Source of the DNA: an uncultured delta proteobacterium
GTDB lineage: Bacteria; Desulfobacterota; Desulfobacteria; Desulfobacterales; SG8-13
Assembly: GCA_963728055.1 (NCBI GenBank)
Contig: CAVSIM010000007.1
Span: 75,540-99,539, forward strand
DNA length: 24,000 nt
Direction of reading: 5' to 3'
Part shown: positions 22,189 through 24,000 of the stretch, piece after piece
Position numbering within the stretch: the stretch's first letter is position 1
Layout: the number at the start of each line of letters is the position of its first letter
Position numbers and translations under genes: made by a program
Notes under the pieces: model-generated
The model's input: only the letters and a program-made list of their open reading frames with translations
Database searches by the model: none
Told to the model about the DNA's origin: nothing

Positions 22189-23458
22189 GACCGATGGGCA
22201 AGAATCGATCGGTGTCCGGCTGCGGGTTTTCGTTCCCTTTGCGTGCGGCTATTTTCTCTCCTACCTCTACCGGGTGGTCAATGCCGTCATCGCCCCCGAC
22301 CTGGTGGCCGACATCGGTGTCGACCCTTCGGAGCTGGGACTGCTCACCTCGGCCTACTTTATCACCTTTGCCGCCTCGCAGCTGCCGCTGGGTGTGCTGC
22401 TCGACCGGTTCGGGCCGCGCCGGATCGAAGCGTTCCTGCTGCTGTTCGCAGCGATCGGCGCCTGGATCTTCGCCCACGCCCAGACGCTCACCGGCCTTGT
22501 CGCCGGTCGCGCGCTGATCGGTTTCGGGGTTTCGGCCTGCCTGATGGCCGCTTTCAAGGCCTACGTGATCTGGTACCCGCGCCGGCAGCTGCCGTTGATC
22601 AACGGCTATCAGATGGCGGCCGGCGGGCTGGGCGCCCTGGCCGCGACGGCCCCGATCGAAGCGGCGCTGGCCGTCACGAACTGGCGCGGCGTGTTCACGG
22701 CCCTGGCGGCATTGACCCTGGTGATTGCAGTTCTGGTTTTCTGGGTGGTTCCCGAACGGACCGCGGCCGGGCGGGAACTGCGCTTCGGCGAGCAGATCCG
22801 GGGCGTCAAGCACGTGTTTTCGAGTCCTCTCTTCTGGCGGATCGCCCCCTGGACCACGCTCTCGCAGGCCACTTTCCTGTCGATTCAGGGTCTGTGGGCC
22901 GGGCCCTGGCTGCGGGACGTGGCCGGCTGCGACCGCCACCAGGTGGCCGGCACTCTTTTTTTTGTGGCCGCCGCCATGGTGGCCGGCTTCATATTGCTGG
23001 GCACCGCGGCCGAACGCCTGAGCCGCCGGGGGATAGCGCCGATGGTGGTTGCGGCGGCCGGCATGACGGTTTTTATGGGCGTCCAGCTACTGATCATTTT
23101 GGAAATCAAGTCCACCGTCATGGTGCTCTGGGGCCTCTTCGGCTTTTTCGGCACCTCCGGCATTCTGCCATATGCGGTGCTGTCGCAGAGCTTTCCCCCG
23201 CAGTTGTCGGGCAGGGTCAACACCGCTATAAATTTGTTGGTGTTCGTGACGGCGTTTCTCGCCCAGTGGGGCATCGGCGCGCTTATCGAACTGTGGCCGG
23301 CTTCGGAAGGGACCGGTTACGCGCCGGCCGGCTACCGGGCGGCCTTCGGTGCCATGCTGGCGGCCCAGGGGCTCATGTTTCTGTGGTATGTCGCCGGGAG
23401 AAGTCATCCGGCGGAACGCCGGCGGCAGAAGAACAAGCCAAACGGTCCCCTGCCGTAA
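22187..23458 (+). CDS. MFS transporter
   Basis: FACGYFLSYLYRVVNAVIAPDL...LLTSAYFITFAASQLPLGVLLDRFGPRR contains the MFS loop 2-3 motif, and about 12 TM helices are present. The start is ATG 22187 or GTG 22178. The other two long ORFs over this span are R/G/P-rich frame artefacts. Confidence 0.9.
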   Translation: MTDGQESIGVRLRVFVPFACGYFLSYLYRVVNAVIAPDLVADIGVDPSELGLLTSAYFITFAASQLPLGVLLDRFGPRRIEAFLLLFAAIGAWIFAHAQTLTGLVAGRALIGFGVSACLMAAFKAYVIWYPRRQLPLINGYQMAAGGLGALAATAPIEAALAVTNWRGVFTALAALTLVIAVLVFWVVPERTAAGRELRFGEQIRGVKHVFSSPLFWRIAPWTTLSQATFLSIQGLWAGPWLRDVAGCDRHQVAGTLFFVAAAMVAGFILLGTAAERLSRRGIAPMVVAAAGMTVFMGVQLLIILEIKSTVMVLWGLFGFFGTSGILPYAVLSQSFPPQLSGRVNTAINLLVFVTAFLAQWGIGALIELWPASEGTGYAPAGYRAAFGAMLAAQGLMFLWYVAGRSHPAERRRQKNKPNGPLP

Positions 23459-23583
23459 TGTCGTTCATTTGCGTATGGGTAACCGTTCACGGGCTTGCAA
23501 TACCGGGTCACAGATCTTAACATGCCCTTTAACGCCCAATGCTCTGAGGCGACCACTTTTTACCGGAAAAGGATGACAGCGAT

Positions 23584-24000
23584 ATGAAAAAGCCTTTCAG
23601 ATGGCAATGGCAGACCAACACGATCCTCGTCCTGGCATTTATCTCGCTGATCGGTTGTCAGACGACCAGCCAGGGCGGCCGGACCTACACCCGCGGCCAG
23701 GCCCAGCAGCCATTAACTGTTTTTAACGGGACCATTCTGCGGGTGTCCGATGTTCAGATCCAGGGAAACCAGACCGGCGTGGGCGCGGTCGGCGGTGCGG
23801 TTGTCGGCGGTATTGTGGGAAGCACCATCGGCGGAGGGCGCGGCCGCACCCTGGCAACGACCGGCGGAGCGCTGGCCGGGGCCGCGGGCGGATCGGCGAT
23901 CGAACAAAGACGGGCGACCCGGCCGGGGCTGGAAATCGAGGTGGAACTCGACGACGGCCGGATATTGGCGATCGTGCAGGAAAAGGATGATGACTTCGTT
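23584..24000 (+). CDS. outer-membrane lipoprotein, glycine-zipper (SlyB/Pcp-like), 5' partial (runs off the window)
   Basis: It is not in the ORF track because no stop is reached. ATG 23584 follows AAGGATGA. It has a signal peptide with the lipobox LIGC and the glycine zipper GVGAVGGAVVGGIVGSTIGGGRG...GGALAGAAGG. The frame stays open to 24000. Confidence 0.8.
   Translation, partial: MKKPFRWQWQTNTILVLAFISLIGCQTTSQGGRTYTRGQAQQPLTVFNGTILRVSDVQIQGNQTGVGAVGGAVVGGIVGSTIGGGRGRTLATTGGALAGAAGGSAIEQRRATRPGLEIEVELDDGRILAIVQEKDDDFV

Overview
GC-rich bacterial chromosomal window with several visibly AT-richer islands. Gene content (hgcAB, sigma-54 machinery, LarC, tRNA-Sec, GTAGG-type palindromic intergenic repeats) suggests an anaerobic Desulfobacterota-like host; that assignment is inference only. 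Left to right: selC (tRNA-Sec, minus strand); a small operon of an RHH-like protein, a 61-aa coiled-coil protein and larC, joined by GTGA start/stop overlaps; pgpA; lepB; a 660-bp repeat-filled intergenic region; an orphan NtrC-family sigma-54 response regulator; an arsR-hgcA-hgcB mercury-methylation operon on the minus strand; an AT-richer accessory block (transglutaminase-like protein, His-rich putative metallohydrolase plus AHSMG-type lipase, then a large non-coding region with a good sigma-54 promoter driving a small ORF and an unrecognisable multi-pass membrane/coiled-coil protein whose frame breaks at a G5 tract); two convergent GNAT genes, one fused to a CN-hydrolase; a solute-binding protein plus HisKA_3 sensor kinase with no response regulator; a GidA/TrmFO-like FAD oxidoreductase; an ion-transporter-superfamily permease; an MFS transporter; and the 5' part of a SlyB-like glycine-zipper lipoprotein. 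The strongest recognisable system is arsR-hgcAB, which is already described, here with a possibly unusual Cys-pair-rich N-terminal extension on HgcA. The best candidates for something undescribed are the sigma-54-driven small-ORF/membrane-protein cassette and the leaderless lipase/metallohydrolase pair. No CRISPR array, rRNA, transposase or integrase was seen.
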